This document shows, piece after piece, positions 20,222-31,216 of a stretch of DNA of 64,000 nucleotides. The notes under the pieces were generated by a model. It was given only the letters and a program-made list of their open reading frames with translations, made no database searches and was not told where the DNA came from. How positions within the stretch are numbered: position 1 is the stretch's first letter; each line of letters starts with the position of its first letter. The position numbers and the translations under genes are program-made. The stretch spans positions 124,001-188,000 of the forward strand of contig UYFQ01000004.1 in the NCBI GenBank assembly GCA_900617105.1. Reading direction: 5' to 3'. The stretch comes from Hydrurus foetidus (Eukaryota).

Positions 20222-20803
20222 TCAATGGGAAATACGCGTGCCCAGCACGACCAGGAACTGCGCAATCCACGCCGGATGCGCTGGCCAAGCAGGTGCAGAC
20301 ACCAAATTACCATCGGTCACGGCACTGTCAACGGCGATGTTGGCGTAGGTGCCGCCGGCCAGCTCCACATCGGCCTGGCAAGCCGGGTAAGCGGAGCAGT
20401 TGCGCCCCTTGAGCACACCAGCACCGGCCAGTAATTGGGCCGCGTGGCAGATGGCCGCCACGGGTTTATTGGTGTCAAAAAAGTGCCGCACCATGGCGAC
20501 CACGGCAGGGTTGGTGCGCAGGTATTCGGGGCCGCGGCCGCCGGGCAACACCAGGGCGTCGTAGGCCTCGACCTTGGTGTCGGCAAAACTGGCGTTCAGC
20601 ACGAAGTTGTGGCCGGGCTTTTCGCTGTAGGTCTGCGCACCCTCAAAATCGTGGATCGCCGTCTTGATGTGGTCGCCGACCTTCTTGTCGGGGCACACGG
20701 CATGCACCGTGTGGCCCACAGCCAGCAGTGCCTGGAACGGCACCATGGTTTCGTAGTCTTCGCAGTAGTCACCGCAAATCATGAGAATTTTCTTGCCCGC
20801 CAT
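20222..20803 (-). CDS. DJ-1/PfpI family protein
   Basis: [29 protein letters not shown] catalytic Cys, APAWPAHP. Confidence 0.93.
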   Translation of the reverse strand: MAGKKILMICGDYCEDYETMVPFQALLAVGHTVHAVCPDKKVGDHIKTAIHDFEGAQTYSEKPGHNFVLNASFADTKVEAYDALVLPGGRGPEYLRTNPAVVAMVRHFFDTNKPVAAICHAAQLLAGAGVLKGRNCSAYPACQADVELAGGTYANIAVDSAVTDGNLVSAPAWPAHPAWIAQFLVVLGTRISH

Positions 20804-20892
20804 CTTGGTCTCCTCGTTGTGAATGGGAGACCGATTGTTGGGCGCCACGCCTGCGGCGTGGTGGTACCGGGTTGTTACACCCGGTGGGCTGT

Positions 20893-21798
20893 TCAGGCCG
20901 TCAGGCGGGTCAGCGCTTCCTGGTACTTGGCTGCGGTCTTGGCAATCACCTCGTTGGGCACACGCGGTGCCGGGGGTGTCTTGCTCCAGGGCTTGCCATC
21001 CACCAGGGCCTGCTCCAGCCAGTCGCGCACAAACTGCTTGTCGTAGCTGGGTGGGTTGGTACCTTCCTGGTAACTTTCTTGCGGCCAGAAGCGCGAGGAG
21101 TCCGGCGTCAGCACCTCGTCCATCAGCGTCAGGGTGCCATCCTTGTCCAGGCCAAACTCAAACTTGGTGTCGGCAATGATGATTCCCTTGGTCAGCGCAA
21201 TCTCGGCCGCAGCCTTGTAAATCTGGATGCTGAGGTCGCGAATCTGCGTGGCCAGGTCCAGGCCAATCATGTCCACGGTCTGCTCGAACGTGATGTTCTC
21301 GTCGTGGTCGCCCACGGCAGCCTTGGCAGCGGGGGTGTAGATGGGTTCAGGCAGCTTGCTGGCATTCTTGAGACCGGCGGGCAGCTTCACGCCACACACG
21401 GCGCCGTTCTCCTGGTATTCCTTCCAGCCGCTGCCGGCCAAGTAGCCGCGCACCACGGCTTCCACCGGCAGGGGCTTCAAGCGCTTGACCAGCATGGAAC
21501 GGCCGGTGACCTGCGCCACTTCGGAAGGCAGCACCACGCTTTCGGGCGCATCGCCGGTCAGGTGGTTGGGGCAAATGTTGGCGCCGTTGGGGCCCAGCTT
21601 CTCGAACCAGAACAAGGCCATTTGCGTGAGCAGCGCGCCTTTGCCGGGAATGGGCTCGCCCATGATGACGTCAAACGCGGAGAGGCGGTCGCTGGCCACC
21701 ATGAGGATGCGGTCATCGCCCACGGCGTAGTTGTCGCGCACCTTGCCACGGGCAAGCAGGGGAAGGGACAGGGCAGAGGTGTGCAAAGCAGGGGTCAT
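20893..21798 (-). CDS. purC: SAICAR synthase
   Basis: [44 protein letters not shown]. Confidence 0.97.
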   Translation of the reverse strand: MTPALHTSALSLPLLARGKVRDNYAVGDDRILMVASDRLSAFDVIMGEPIPGKGALLTQMALFWFEKLGPNGANICPNHLTGDAPESVVLPSEVAQVTGRSMLVKRLKPLPVEAVVRGYLAGSGWKEYQENGAVCGVKLPAGLKNASKLPEPIYTPAAKAAVGDHDENITFEQTVDMIGLDLATQIRDLSIQIYKAAAEIALTKGIIIADTKFEFGLDKDGTLTLMDEVLTPDSSRFWPQESYQEGTNPPSYDKQFVRDWLEQALVDGKPWSKTPPAPRVPNEVIAKTAAKYQEALTRLTA

Positions 21799-21812
21799 GG
21801 CATCCAACAAGT

Positions 21813-21849
21813 AAAAGGGCTCTGCCCCCACGCCGGGAGGCAGAGCCCT
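21813..21849 (-). terminator. Probable intrinsic terminator after fba
   Basis: AGGGCTCTGCC...GGCAGAGCCCT stem followed by TTTT on the minus strand. Confidence 0.65.
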
Positions 21850-21881
21850 CGATTATCGCAATTTGCGCGCCGCGTCGTTAT

Positions 21882-22946
21882 TTACTGAACGACTTGCGCC
21901 AGCTCGCCCCGTGCGTATTGCCCCGCCACCACCTGCAGGCTGTGGCCCTTGACGCTGGCGGCCTGGCCTTCGCAGCCAAACTCCATGTAACGCTGCTTGC
22001 ACAGCTGCTTGGCGGCTTCCCGGGCCGGCTTGAGCCATTCGCGGGCGTCAAATTTCTCTGGGTTCTCCACCAGAAACTTGCGCACGGCGGCGGTCATGGC
22101 CATACGGATGTCGGTGTCGATGTTCACCTTGCGCACGCCAAACGGAATGGCACGCTGCACCTCTTCCACTGGCACGCCCCAGGTCTGGGGCATCTTGCCG
22201 CCGTACTGGTTGATGGCGGCCAGCAACTCTTGCGGCACGGCGCTGGAGCCGTGCATCACCAGGTGGGTGTTGGGAATGCGGCGGTGGATTTCCTTGATGC
22301 GCTCTATCGCCAGAATGTCGCCCGTGGGCTCGCGCGTGAACTTGTAGGCGCCATGACTGGTACCAATGGCAATCGCCAGGGCATCCAACTGCGTGCGCTT
22401 CACGAAATCGGCTGCTTCTTCCGGGTCGGTCAGCAGCTGTTCGCGGGTCATGATGGCGTCGGTACCGTGGCCGTCTTCCGTGTCACCCTGCATGGTCTCC
22501 AGCGAACCCAGGCAGCCCAGTTCACCTTCCACGGTGATGCCCAGCTTGTGCGCCATGTCGACCACTTTGCGCGTCACTTCCACGTTGTATTCGTAGCTGG
22601 CAATCGTCTTGCCATCGGCTTCCAGCGATCCATCCATCATGACCGAGCTGAAGCCCAGATCGATCGCGCCCTGGCAGACTGCCGGGCTTTGGCCATGGTC
22701 CTGGTGCATGACCACTGGAATCGTCGGGTAGCTTTCCACCGCTGCCTGAATCAGGTGCCTGAGGAAATGCTCACCCGCGTATTTGCGGGCACCGGCGCTG
22801 GCCTGCATGATGACGGGGGCGCCGGTTTCCTTGGCGGCCTCCATGATGGCCTGGACCTGTTCCAGGTTGTTGACGTTGAACGCTGGAATGGCGTAATTGT
22901 GCGTTGCCGCGTGGTCGAGAAGCTCGCGCATCGAAACGAGTGCCAT
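21882..22946 (-). CDS. fba: Class II fructose-bisphosphate aldolase
   Basis: [40 protein letters not shown]. Confidence 0.97.
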   Translation of the reverse strand: MALVSMRELLDHAATHNYAIPAFNVNNLEQVQAIMEAAKETGAPVIMQASAGARKYAGEHFLRHLIQAAVESYPTIPVVMHQDHGQSPAVCQGAIDLGFSSVMMDGSLEADGKTIASYEYNVEVTRKVVDMAHKLGITVEGELGCLGSLETMQGDTEDGHGTDAIMTREQLLTDPEEAADFVKRTQLDALAIAIGTSHGAYKFTREPTGDILAIERIKEIHRRIPNTHLVMHGSSAVPQELLAAINQYGGKMPQTWGVPVEEVQRAIPFGVRKVNIDTDIRMAMTAAVRKFLVENPEKFDAREWLKPAREAAKQLCKQRYMEFGCEGQAASVKGHSLQVVAGQYARGELAQVVQ

Positions 22947-23055
22947 GGATGTCCCCAGGAAGTTAAAAACTCGCAGCGGCAGATTTGGTAACCGCTTGGT
23001 AACTTGTACCGTTGAAGGATTCTAACTCTCGAGGGTTAACCCGAATTTTGACGTG

Positions 23056-23082
23056 AAAAAGGGGCCCAAAGGCCCCTTTTTT
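23056..23082. terminator. Bidirectional-type intrinsic terminator downstream of pyk
   Basis: AAAAAGGGGCC-CAAA-GGCCCCTTTTTT. Confidence 0.8.
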
Positions 23083-23100
23083 AATTTGGGTGAGGTTTCA

Positions 23101-23175
23101 CCGCCGGGCCGCCCCAAGGTGAAACGCGCCCCCTCGGGGGGCAGCGCGCCACACGCAGTGGGCAAGCGTGGGGGC
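23101..23175. repeat. GC-rich palindromic REP-like element
   Basis: CCGCCGGGCCGC...GCCCCCTCGGGGGGC...CGCAG...GGGGG; same architecture as 49281-49349. Confidence 0.6.
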
Positions 23176-24607
23176 TTAGTTCACCGCGCAGATCTTCAGC
23201 ATGTTGGTGCCACCGGGTGCGCCCATGGGTTCGCCACAGGTGATGGCGTAGATCTCACCTTTTTGCACAATGCCACGGCTCTTCAGGTGCTTCTCCGCAT
23301 CCATCAGCGCGGTGTCGCGGTCCGAGCTGGAACCCATCAGCAGCGGGCGTACGTTGCGGTACAGCGTCATCTTGCGCTGGGTAGTGACTTTGGGCGTCAG
23401 CGCGTAGATCGGCACATGGATCAGGTGGCGGCTCATCCACAGCGCGGTACTGCCGCTGTCGGTCATGGCGACGATGGCCTTGGCGCCCAGGTGGTGGGCG
23501 GTGAACAGCGCGCCCATGGCGATGGACTGGTCAATGCGGGTGAAGGTTTTGCCGGTGAAATCGGCGTCCAGCTTGACGTGCTCGGCTCCTTCGGCGGCCA
23601 GGCAGATCTTGGCCATTTCGATGACGGTTTCCAGCGGGTACTTGCCAGCAGCGGTCTCGGCGGACAGCATCACGGCGTCGGTGCCGTCCAGCACGGCGTT
23701 GGCCACGTCGCTCACCTCGGCGCGCGTGGGCACGGGGTTGGTGATCATGGATTCCATCATCTGCGTGGCGGTGATCACGACTTTGTCGTGCTCGCGCGCC
23801 AGTTTGATCATGTGCTTTTGCAGCGCAGGTACGGCGGCGTTACCGACCTCGACCGCCAGGTCGCCGCGGGCGACCATGATGCCGTCGCTGGCCAGCAAGA
23901 TTTCCAGCAGGCGGGGAATCGCTTCAGCGCGTTCGATCTTGGCGATCAGGCCGGGCTTGTGGTTGTATTCGGCTGCGGCCACATTGCACAGCTGTCGCGC
24001 CATTTCCATGTCGGTGGCGTTCTTGGGGAAGCTCACGGCCACGTAGTCGGCCTGGAAGCTCATGGCAGTGCGGATGTCTTCCATGTCCTTGCCGGTCAGC
24101 GCGGGCGCGGTCAGTCCGCCGCCTTGTTTGTTGATGCCCTTGTTGTTGGACAGCTCGCCGCCCAGCTTGACGGTGGTGTGCACCTGTTCGCCACGCACGG
24201 CATCCACGGTGATCACGATCAGGCCGTCATTGAGCAAGAGCACATCGCCCGCGCTCACTTCAGAGGGCAGCGCCTTGTAGTCGAGGCCCACGGCGTGCAC
24301 GTCACCCAGCTCGGTGCGCTCGCCGTCCAGTACAAACTTAGCACCGGGTTCAAAAAGACTTTGCCCTCAGCAAACTTGCCAACGCGGATTTTCGGGCCTT
24401 GCAAGTCGGCCATGATGGCAACTTCGCGCCCGGCGCGCTGGCTGCCTCGCGCACCATCGCTGCGCGGTCAATGTGGTCTTGTGCCTTACCGTGGCTGAAG
24501 TTCAATCGCACCACGTTGACGCCGGCACGGATCATTTGCTCCAGCAATGCGGGGTCGCTGGAGGCGGGTCCGAGGGTGGCAACGATTTTGGTGGCGCGAC
24601 TGGGCAT
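23176..24607 (-). pseudogene. pyk: Pyruvate kinase with two apparent 1-bp deletions (real inactivation or assembly error)
   Basis: [13 protein letters not shown]...RLNFSHG in one frame, [14 protein letters not shown] in a second, and the rest (AKIE, MVARGDL, TATQMMESM) in a third; shifts near 24440 and 24350. Confidence 0.92.
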
Positions 24608-24766
24608 GAAACGGTCTCCTAGAGTGGGTTGCCTATTTTCACACGTAAGCTCCTGTAAGAGTTACAGCGCAGGCACAAGAAAGAACAGACAGGGGTTAGC
24701 CCCGAGAGCACAAAACCGCCGCACATGGTTGAATGGTTGCCCGCCCGCCGCATGCCCGCCATTCCC

Positions 24767-25735
24767 ATGAACGCCCCCGCCACCCACACCGCTGCGCTGC
24801 TGGACAGCACGCACGGCAAGCCCAAGCTCCTGGTGGTGGACGACCAACCCATCCACATCCAGATGCTGGTACAGGCCTTTGCCGAGGACTACCAGGTGTT
24901 CATGGCCACCTCGGGGGAACAGGCGCTGGCGGTGTGCCAAAGCAACCCGCCCGACCTGGTACTGCTGGACGTGCTGATGCCCGGCATGGACGGCTTTGCC
25001 GTGTGCCGCCAGCTCAAGGCGCAAGAGGCCACCTCGCACATTCCCATCATCTTTGTCACCGCGCGGCCCGATGCCGGCCAGGAAACCCATGGCCTGGGCC
25101 TGGGCGCGGTGGACTTCATCTCCAAGCCCGTGAACCCGGCCGTAGTGCGCGCCCGGGTGCATACCCACCTGACGCTGAAGTTCCAGTCCGACCTACTCAA
25201 GCGGCTGGTATTGCTGGACGGCCTGTCGGGTGTGTTCAACCGCCGCTACTTTGACCAGCAGCTGGCCACCGAGTGGGCGCGTGCGGCGCGCAGTGGCTTG
25301 TCGCTGTCGCTGGTGCTGCTGGATGTGGACCACTTTGGCGCCTACAACGAACGGCACGGCCACCAGGCGGGCGACGATTGTTTGCGTCTGATTGCGGTCA
25401 CGCTCAAGGCCGTGCTGCGCCGGCCGGCCGATGTGGTGGCGCGCTTTGGCGGCGAAGAGTTTGCCTGCTTGCTGCCCGATACCTCACACGAGGACGCGCT
25501 GGCGCTGGCACAAGAGATGGAGCGCCGCGTGCGCCAGCTCGGGTTGCCGCGTGGCGGCGCCCACGGAAGCGATGTAGTGTCGGTGAGTGTGGGCCTGGGC
25601 ACGCGTTTCAGCCCGCACAGCGGCCAGGCCAGTGACCTGCTGGCGCTGGCGGCGACCCAACTGCAACACGCCAAACACGGGGGACGCGGCCAGGTGCGCT
25701 ATGCCAGCCTAGACACGGCCCCCATGCCTTTGTAG
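24767..25735 (+). CDS. Response-regulator diguanylate cyclase (REC-GGDEF)
   Basis: LLVVDD...PDLVLLDVLMPGMDG...KP receiver domain; RPAD I-site and RFGGEEF active site. Confidence 0.93.
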   Translation: MNAPATHTAALLDSTHGKPKLLVVDDQPIHIQMLVQAFAEDYQVFMATSGEQALAVCQSNPPDLVLLDVLMPGMDGFAVCRQLKAQEATSHIPIIFVTARPDAGQETHGLGLGAVDFISKPVNPAVVRARVHTHLTLKFQSDLLKRLVLLDGLSGVFNRRYFDQQLATEWARAARSGLSLSLVLLDVDHFGAYNERHGHQAGDDCLRLIAVTLKAVLRRPADVVARFGGEEFACLLPDTSHEDALALAQEMERRVRQLGLPRGGAHGSDVVSVSVGLGTRFSPHSGQASDLLALAATQLQHAKHGGRGQVRYASLDTAPMPL

Positions 25736-25779
25736 CTAGCCCCAAAAGCAAAGGCACCTCCCGGCTTCAACCCGAAAAG

Positions 25780-25830
25780 TGCCTCTAGCCCGCGTAGAAG
25801 CTGCGCGAGCAGCTCCTAATTTGGTAGCAG
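25780..25830 (+). repeat. 51-bp dispersed motif, intergenic copy between the cyclase gene and pgk
   Basis: TGCCTCTAGCCCGCGTAGAAGCTGCGCGAGCAGCTCCTAATTTGGTAGCAG. Confidence 0.85.
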
Positions 25831-25831
25831 A

Positions 25832-27025
25832 TTAGCCTGCTGCGCGCTTGGTCAGAATCTCGAATGCAGGGAGAGTCTTGCCTTCCAACACTTCCAGGAA
25901 AGCGCCGCCACCGGTGCTGATGTAACCCACCTTGTCTTCAATGCCGTACTTGGCAATCGCGGCCAAGGTGTCGCCGCCGCCGGCGATGGAGAAGGCGCTG
26001 GACTCGGCAATCGCTTGCGCAATCACCTTGGTGCCGTTCTCAAACGCGGCGAACTCGAAAACGCCAACGGGGCCGTTCCAGACAATGGTGCCTGCCTTCT
26101 CCAGCTGGTCGGCCAGGGCCTGGGCGGTTTGTGGGCCAATGTCCAGAATCAGGTCGTCGTCCGCTACGTCCGTCGCGGCTTTGACGGTGGCCACGGCATC
26201 GGCGGAAAAGGTCTTGGCCGTCACCACATCGGTAGGAATCGGCACGGCGGCGCCACGGGCCTTCATGGCCTCGATGACGGCCTTGGCCTGGTCCAGCAAA
26301 CCGGGTTCGGCCAGGCTCTTGCCAATCTTCAGGCCGGCGGCCAGCATGAAGGTGTTGGCAATGCCGCCACCTACAATCAATTGGTCCACGTTCTCGGCCA
26401 GGCTCTTCAGAATGGTGAGCTTGGTAGACACCTTGGAGCCGGCGACGATGGCGACCAACGGGCGCTTGGGCGCCAGCAAAGCCTTGGAGATGGCATCCAT
26501 CTCAGCCGCCAACAGCGGGCCGGCGCAGGCGATGGGCGCGAACTGGGCGATGCCATAGGTGGAGGCTTCGGCGCGGTGGGCGGTGCCAAAGGCGTCGTGC
26601 ACAAAGATGTCGCACAGCGCGGCCATTTTCTTGGCCAGCGCTTCGTCATTCTTCTTCTCGCCCTTGTTGACGCGGCAGTTTTCCAGCATCACCAGTTGGC
26701 CGGGTGCAACAATCACACCATCCGTCCAGTGGGCGATCACGGGGATTTCGCGGCCCATGAGTTCGCCCATGCGCTTGGCCACCGGAGCCAGCGAGTCTTC
26801 AGGTTTGAATTCACCTTCCGTGGGGCGGCCCAGGTGGCTGGTCACCATGACCGCGGCACCGGCGTCCAGCGCCATCTGGATGGCGGGCAAGCTGGCGCGC
26901 ACGCGCGTGTCTTCGGTGATGTTGCCCGCGTCGTCTTGCGGCACGTTCAGGTCGGCGCGGATGAACACGCGCTTGCCAGCGACTTTGCCTTGGGCAATCA
27001 GGTCAGAAAAACGGATCACTTGCAT
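25832..27025 (-). CDS. pgk: Phosphoglycerate kinase
   Basis: [45 protein letters not shown]. Confidence 0.97.
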   Translation of the reverse strand: MQVIRFSDLIAQGKVAGKRVFIRADLNVPQDDAGNITEDTRVRASLPAIQMALDAGAAVMVTSHLGRPTEGEFKPEDSLAPVAKRMGELMGREIPVIAHWTDGVIVAPGQLVMLENCRVNKGEKKNDEALAKKMAALCDIFVHDAFGTAHRAEASTYGIAQFAPIACAGPLLAAEMDAISKALLAPKRPLVAIVAGSKVSTKLTILKSLAENVDQLIVGGGIANTFMLAAGLKIGKSLAEPGLLDQAKAVIEAMKARGAAVPIPTDVVTAKTFSADAVATVKAATDVADDDLILDIGPQTAQALADQLEKAGTIVWNGPVGVFEFAAFENGTKVIAQAIAESSAFSIAGGGDTLAAIAKYGIEDKVGYISTGGGAFLEVLEGKTLPAFEILTKRAAG

Positions 27026-27134
27026 GGGGAAAACCTCAGGTAGTAGAAAGCGCGCGCGGGGTGCGGCAACACCCGGCATTGTAGAAGTGCGCGGGGCTGT
27101 GGCTAGGTCCGCACCGGTTGTTCACGCAACGAAA

Positions 27135-27503
27135 CTACCAGCCTAAGCCGATATGTAAGGGTAGGTAGACTGCCATGCCCGAGGCGATGGTGCCCAGCAC
27201 CGCCTGGCCCGCGCCGCGGCGCCAGACAAAGAAGGCCAGGCCCGCGACCACGGCGTACAGGCGCGCGTCTTCCAGGGTGTGGATGAGCACGCCTTGGGTC
27301 ATCACAATCTCGGGCACGATCACCGCCGACAGCGCCGCAATCGGCGCGTACTGCAGGCCGCGCTGGGCCCAAGGCGGCAGCGACCAGTCCTTGTCGGTGA
27401 TGAAAAAGAACGAACGCGCGATCACCGTGATGCAGGCCAGCCCCAAGGTTGTCAGCAGGGTCCAGCCATCGGTGGTGCCGACAAAGAAACTGTCCCAGTT
27501 CAT
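27135..27503 (-). CDS. azlD: AzlD family membrane protein
   Basis: Small hydrophobic protein with LQYAPIAALSAVIVP; overlaps the azlC stop. Confidence 0.85.
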   Translation of the reverse strand: MNWDSFFVGTTDGWTLLTTLGLACITVIARSFFFITDKDWSLPPWAQRGLQYAPIAALSAVIVPEIVMTQGVLIHTLEDARLYAVVAGLAFFVWRRGAGQAVLGTIASGMAVYLPLHIGLGW

Positions 27504-28252
27504 GCGGGGTCCTTGGGTGCGTGGTGCGGCGGGTGCGAGGTGTCTGGGCGCTTGTCCAGCAGCAGGCACACGGTCACCGCCACGGCAATCGCCACCAGGA
27601 TGTTGAGCTTGAGTGGCAGCGCAAACGCCACCACACCCGCAGCCCCCGCCACCCCGGCCGATACCCAGCGCAGGCGGCTGGTGGCCAGCGAGGCCATCAT
27701 GCCCACCAGCGCCAAAATGCCCGCAAAGCCCAGGCCCCAGGACGTGGGCACAAAGTTGGCCAGCACCACACCCAGCACGCTGCTGACGGTCCAGCTGAAC
27801 CAGTTGATGCCACCGTTGCCCGCCAGGTAGGCGACTTGCGCGGCGCGGCCCGCGTCATCCGTTGCCGGATGCTGGAACTTTTTGACGAACAGCACATAGG
27901 TCAAGTCGGCAGACAGGTAACCCGTGACCAGCCGCTGCCAGCGCGGCAGGTGCATGAGGTAGGGCCGCATGTGCGCGCTGAACACCACAAAGCGCAGGTT
28001 CACACAAAAGCCCGTCACCAGAATCACCCACATGGGTGCACCGGCCATCAGCAAGGGTATCGCCGCCAGCTGCGAGCTGCCGGCAAACACGGTGAGTGCC
28101 ATGAGCAAGGCCTCAAAGGTGCTCATGCCGGACTTGACCATGGCCACGCCGGTCATCAGGCCCCAGGCCGCAATGCCGGGTGACACGCCCAGCATGTCCT
28201 GAAACCCCCGACTGAACTCGGGATGCGTGTAATTGCTGCGCAGAAAAAACAT
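27500..28252 (-). CDS. azlC: AzlC family branched-chain amino acid exporter permease
   Basis: FAGSSQLA, VNLRFVVFSA; multiple TM segments. Confidence 0.9.
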   Translation of the reverse strand: MFFLRSNYTHPEFSRGFQDMLGVSPGIAAWGLMTGVAMVKSGMSTFEALLMALTVFAGSSQLAAIPLLMAGAPMWVILVTGFCVNLRFVVFSAHMRPYLMHLPRWQRLVTGYLSADLTYVLFVKKFQHPATDDAGRAAQVAYLAGNGGINWFSWTVSSVLGVVLANFVPTSWGLGFAGILALVGMMASLATSRLRWVSAGVAGAAGVVAFALPLKLNILVAIAVAVTVCLLLDKRPDTSHPPHHAPKDPA

Positions 28253-29310
28253 CAGGAAACCGCGGGCGCTGCGGGCAGCTCAAAGCGCTGGCCCACCTGC
28301 AGCGGACAGCCGCGCAGGAACTCGGCCACGGGCAGGCGCTTGCCGCCGGGACGTTGCAGCTCCGTCAATATTGCTACTGAATTCATAGCTGCTACCGCAA
28401 TACCTTCGGGGGCTAGCGCCACTATTTGTCCATAATCTGCCGTAGATTCGCCTTCCCCTGCGTGGGCGGCCCAGACCTTGATGGTTTCACCGCCCAGCAC
28501 CGTGCTGGCGCCCGGAAAGGGATTGAAGGCCCGCACCCGGCGGACGATGGTCGCAGCATCCAGCCGCCAGTCGATCGGCGCCTCGTGCTTCTCGATCTTG
28601 TGGGCGTAAGTCACGCCGTCTTCGGGTTGCTTCACGGGCTGCAAGGCGCCCTGGGCGGCCAGTTCCAGCGCCTGCACCACCATGGCAGCCCCCAGGTCCG
28701 CGACCTTGTCATGCAGCGTGGCGGTGGTGTCGTCGGCTGCAATCGGCAGGCTTTGCGTGAGCAGCATGTCGCCCGTGTCCAGCCCCACGTCCATCTGCAT
28801 GATGGTGACGCCGGTCTCGGCGTCACCCACTTCAATCGCCCGGTGGATGGGCGCCGCGCCCCGCCAGCGGGGTAATAGGGACCCATGGATGTTCAGGCAA
28901 CCATACTTGGGCGATTGCGTGAGCGCCGACGGGCCGCCGCCCCTAGGCGTGAGGGCCATGTCATCCAACACCCACTGCGGCAAGATAAGACCGTAGGCAG
29001 CCACCACCATGACGTCGGCTTGCGCATCCGCAATGGCCAGGCGCGCCGCAGCCGCGTCGTCGGGGTATTTGCCATCCAGGCGCAGGCTGCGCGGCTGGGC
29101 CACGGGAATCGCATGTTCCAGTGCAAATTGTTTGACGGCGGAGGCGTGCAACTTCATGCCACGCCCGGCCGGGCGGTCGGGCTGGCTCAGCACCAGGGCA
29201 ATGGTGTGGCCCGCAGCATGCAGGTGCTCCAGCGCCACGCGGGCAAACTCCGGTGTGCCGGCAAAGATGACGCGCAAGGGCCGTGCGGCCTGGCAAACTG
29301 CCAGAGCCAC
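28252..29310 (-). CDS. fmt: Methionyl-tRNA formyltransferase
   Basis: [42 protein letters not shown]; start may be TTG 29277. Confidence 0.97.
   Translation of the reverse strand: MALAVCQAARPLRVIFAGTPEFARVALEHLHAAGHTIALVLSQPDRPAGRGMKLHASAVKQFALEHAIPVAQPRSLRLDGKYPDDAAAARLAIADAQADVMVVAAYGLILPQWVLDDMALTPRGGGPSALTQSPKYGCLNIHGSLLPRWRGAAPIHRAIEVGDAETGVTIMQMDVGLDTGDMLLTQSLPIAADDTTATLHDKVADLGAAMVVQALELAAQGALQPVKQPEDGVTYAHKIEKHEAPIDWRLDAATIVRRVRAFNPFPGASTVLGGETIKVWAAHAGEGESTADYGQIVALAPEGIAVAAMNSVAILTELQRPGGKRLPVAEFLRGCPLQVGQRFELPAAPAVS
28371..28421 (-). repeat. 51-bp dispersed motif, copy inside fmt
   Basis: Reverse complement TGGCGCTAGCCCCCGAAGGTATTGCGGTAGCAGCTATGAATTCAGTAGCAA. Confidence 0.8.
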
Positions 29311-29823
29311 TTAGCGCAATTCCTCGCGCTGGGCCTTGAGCATTTTGGTTTTGATGCGGTTGCGCTTGAGCGGGGACAGGTATTCCACAAACACCTTGCC
29401 CAGCAAATGGTCCATCTCGTGCTGTACGCACACGGCCAACAGCAGATCCGTGGCCTCGATCACGCGGCTATTGCCTTTTTCGTCCAGCGCCTTCACATGC
29501 ACCGCGTCAAAGCGGGTCACGCCGTCGTAGATGCCGGGCACCGAGAGGCAGCCTTCTTCGTTCAGGTGGGTGGTCGCGCTGGTCCAGACCAGTTCAGGAT
29601 TGATCAGCACCATGGGCTGGTCGCGCTCATCGGACACGTCGATGACGATCAGGCGCTCATGCACATCCACCTGCGTCGCCGCCAGACCAATGCCTTTGGC
29701 GTCGTACATGGTGCCCAGCATGTCGGCGGCCAGCTGCTGGATGCGCGCGTCCACGGCAGCCACCGGCTTGGCCACGGTGTGGAGTTTGGGATCGGGGTAG
29801 CAAAGAATCGGAAGTAAAGCCAT
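29311..29823 (-). CDS. def: Peptide deformylase
   Basis: [20 protein letters not shown]. Confidence 0.98.
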   Translation of the reverse strand: MALLPILCYPDPKLHTVAKPVAAVDARIQQLAADMLGTMYDAKGIGLAATQVDVHERLIVIDVSDERDQPMVLINPELVWTSATTHLNEEGCLSVPGIYDGVTRFDAVHVKALDEKGNSRVIEATDLLLAVCVQHEMDHLLGKVFVEYLSPLKRNRIKTKMLKAQREELR

Positions 29824-29964
29824 TGGAAGATCTTCAAAGATGTGGCTATTTTCGCCACTTTTGGGTTCTCCCGCACGGCCAAAGGACTAAAAACGTTGCC
29901 GAATCAAGGGCTTGAGCGCAAAATCGCGCGTAAATTATCAAGTTCCTTCACAGATTCGCACCTT

Positions 29965-31179
29965 ATGACGACACACCTCAAGGCGAAATCCAGCGTGGCC
30001 ATCGCCGCCCTGGCGGCACTGGCCACTTTGGCAGGCAACGCGACCTGGGCGCAGAACTTTCCCATTTCTGCCGCCCAGAAGCAAACCGCCAACGAAGTGG
30101 CCCAAAAAGGTGTGCCGCTGAGCGAACTGGCCGCCAACGCCCCCGACAGCTACACCATCAAGAGCGGTGACACCCTGTGGGCGATTTCCAGTCTCTACCT
30201 CAAAGGCCCGTGGCGCTGGCCCGAGCTTTGGGGCATGAACCTGAACGACATCAAGAACCCGCACCGCATCTACCCCGGTCAGGTGCTGGTGCTCGAGCGC
30301 AAAAATGGAAGGGCGACGCTGCGCGTCGCTGGCGCCGGTGGCGACGCCGCCCCCAGCGAGACCGTGCGTGTCAGCCCCCGTACCCGTTTTGAATCGCTGG
30401 CCGACCTGGCCCTGCCGACGCTCAAGTCCCGCATCATTGAGGCTTTCCTGGCCGAGCCCATCGTGGTTGACGAAGCCGGCCTGAAAGCCGCGCCCCGCAT
30501 CGTGTCCACCCAGGAAGAACGCGTACTGCTGACTAAAGGGGACCGTGCCTATGCGCGCAGTTCCACGGACGGCCCCTTGCTGGATGACCAGAGCCGTCAA
30601 CAGCAGCTGTTCCGCATCTTCCGCAACGCGACCCCACTGAAAGACCCGGCCACTGCCGAAATTCTGGGCTACGAAGCCCAGTACGTGGGCAAGGCGCTGT
30701 TGGTGCGGAGTGAAACCACCACCGAAGTCGACGGCAAAGATGGCAAGACCACCACGGCCATCGTGCCCGCCACCATCGACATCGTGGCCGCCAAGGAAGA
30801 AATGCGGGTCGGCGACCGCATGCTGCCCGAGCCTCCACGCGAACTCACCGCCTATATTCCCCACGCGCCGAGCAGCGAGACCACGGGCCGCATCGTGTCG
30901 GTCTACGGCAGCGCGGTGGTCAATGCGGGCCAAAACCAGGTGGTGGCCATCAATCGCGGCAAGCGCGACGGCATGGAACCCGGCCATGTGCTGGCCATCC
31001 TCAAGGACGGTGCCCGTGTGGTCGACAAGTCGGACCCGACGCAGCCCCTGATGAAACTGCCCGATGAGCGCAATGGCCTTCTTATGGTGTTCCGCACCTA
31101 TGACCGCCTTTCCTATGCGCTGATTCTGGAAATCACGGACAGCGTGCGCGTGGGTGACCGCCTGGTCAACCCCAAGTAA
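29965..31179 (+). CDS. Exported LysM peptidoglycan-binding protein (TsaP-like)
   Basis: Signal peptide; YTIKSGDTLWAIS...WPELW...NPHRIYPGQVL; conserved def-LysM-dprA context. Confidence 0.9.
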   Translation: MTTHLKAKSSVAIAALAALATLAGNATWAQNFPISAAQKQTANEVAQKGVPLSELAANAPDSYTIKSGDTLWAISSLYLKGPWRWPELWGMNLNDIKNPHRIYPGQVLVLERKNGRATLRVAGAGGDAAPSETVRVSPRTRFESLADLALPTLKSRIIEAFLAEPIVVDEAGLKAAPRIVSTQEERVLLTKGDRAYARSSTDGPLLDDQSRQQQLFRIFRNATPLKDPATAEILGYEAQYVGKALLVRSETTTEVDGKDGKTTTAIVPATIDIVAAKEEMRVGDRMLPEPPRELTAYIPHAPSSETTGRIVSVYGSAVVNAGQNQVVAINRGKRDGMEPGHVLAILKDGARVVDKSDPTQPLMKLPDERNGLLMVFRTYDRLSYALILEITDSVRVGDRLVNPK

Positions 31180-31216
31180 GCAAGGCCGGACCCGACACCA
31201 CCAGTCCACCCGCCCC

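Noticed and set aside
21882..27025. fba and pgk plus the CbbR-like gene as a Calvin-cycle cluster
   Set aside because: No RuBisCO or phosphoribulokinase in the window; pgk-pyk-fba-purC is an ordinary betaproteobacterial arrangement and the regulator is about 27 kb away
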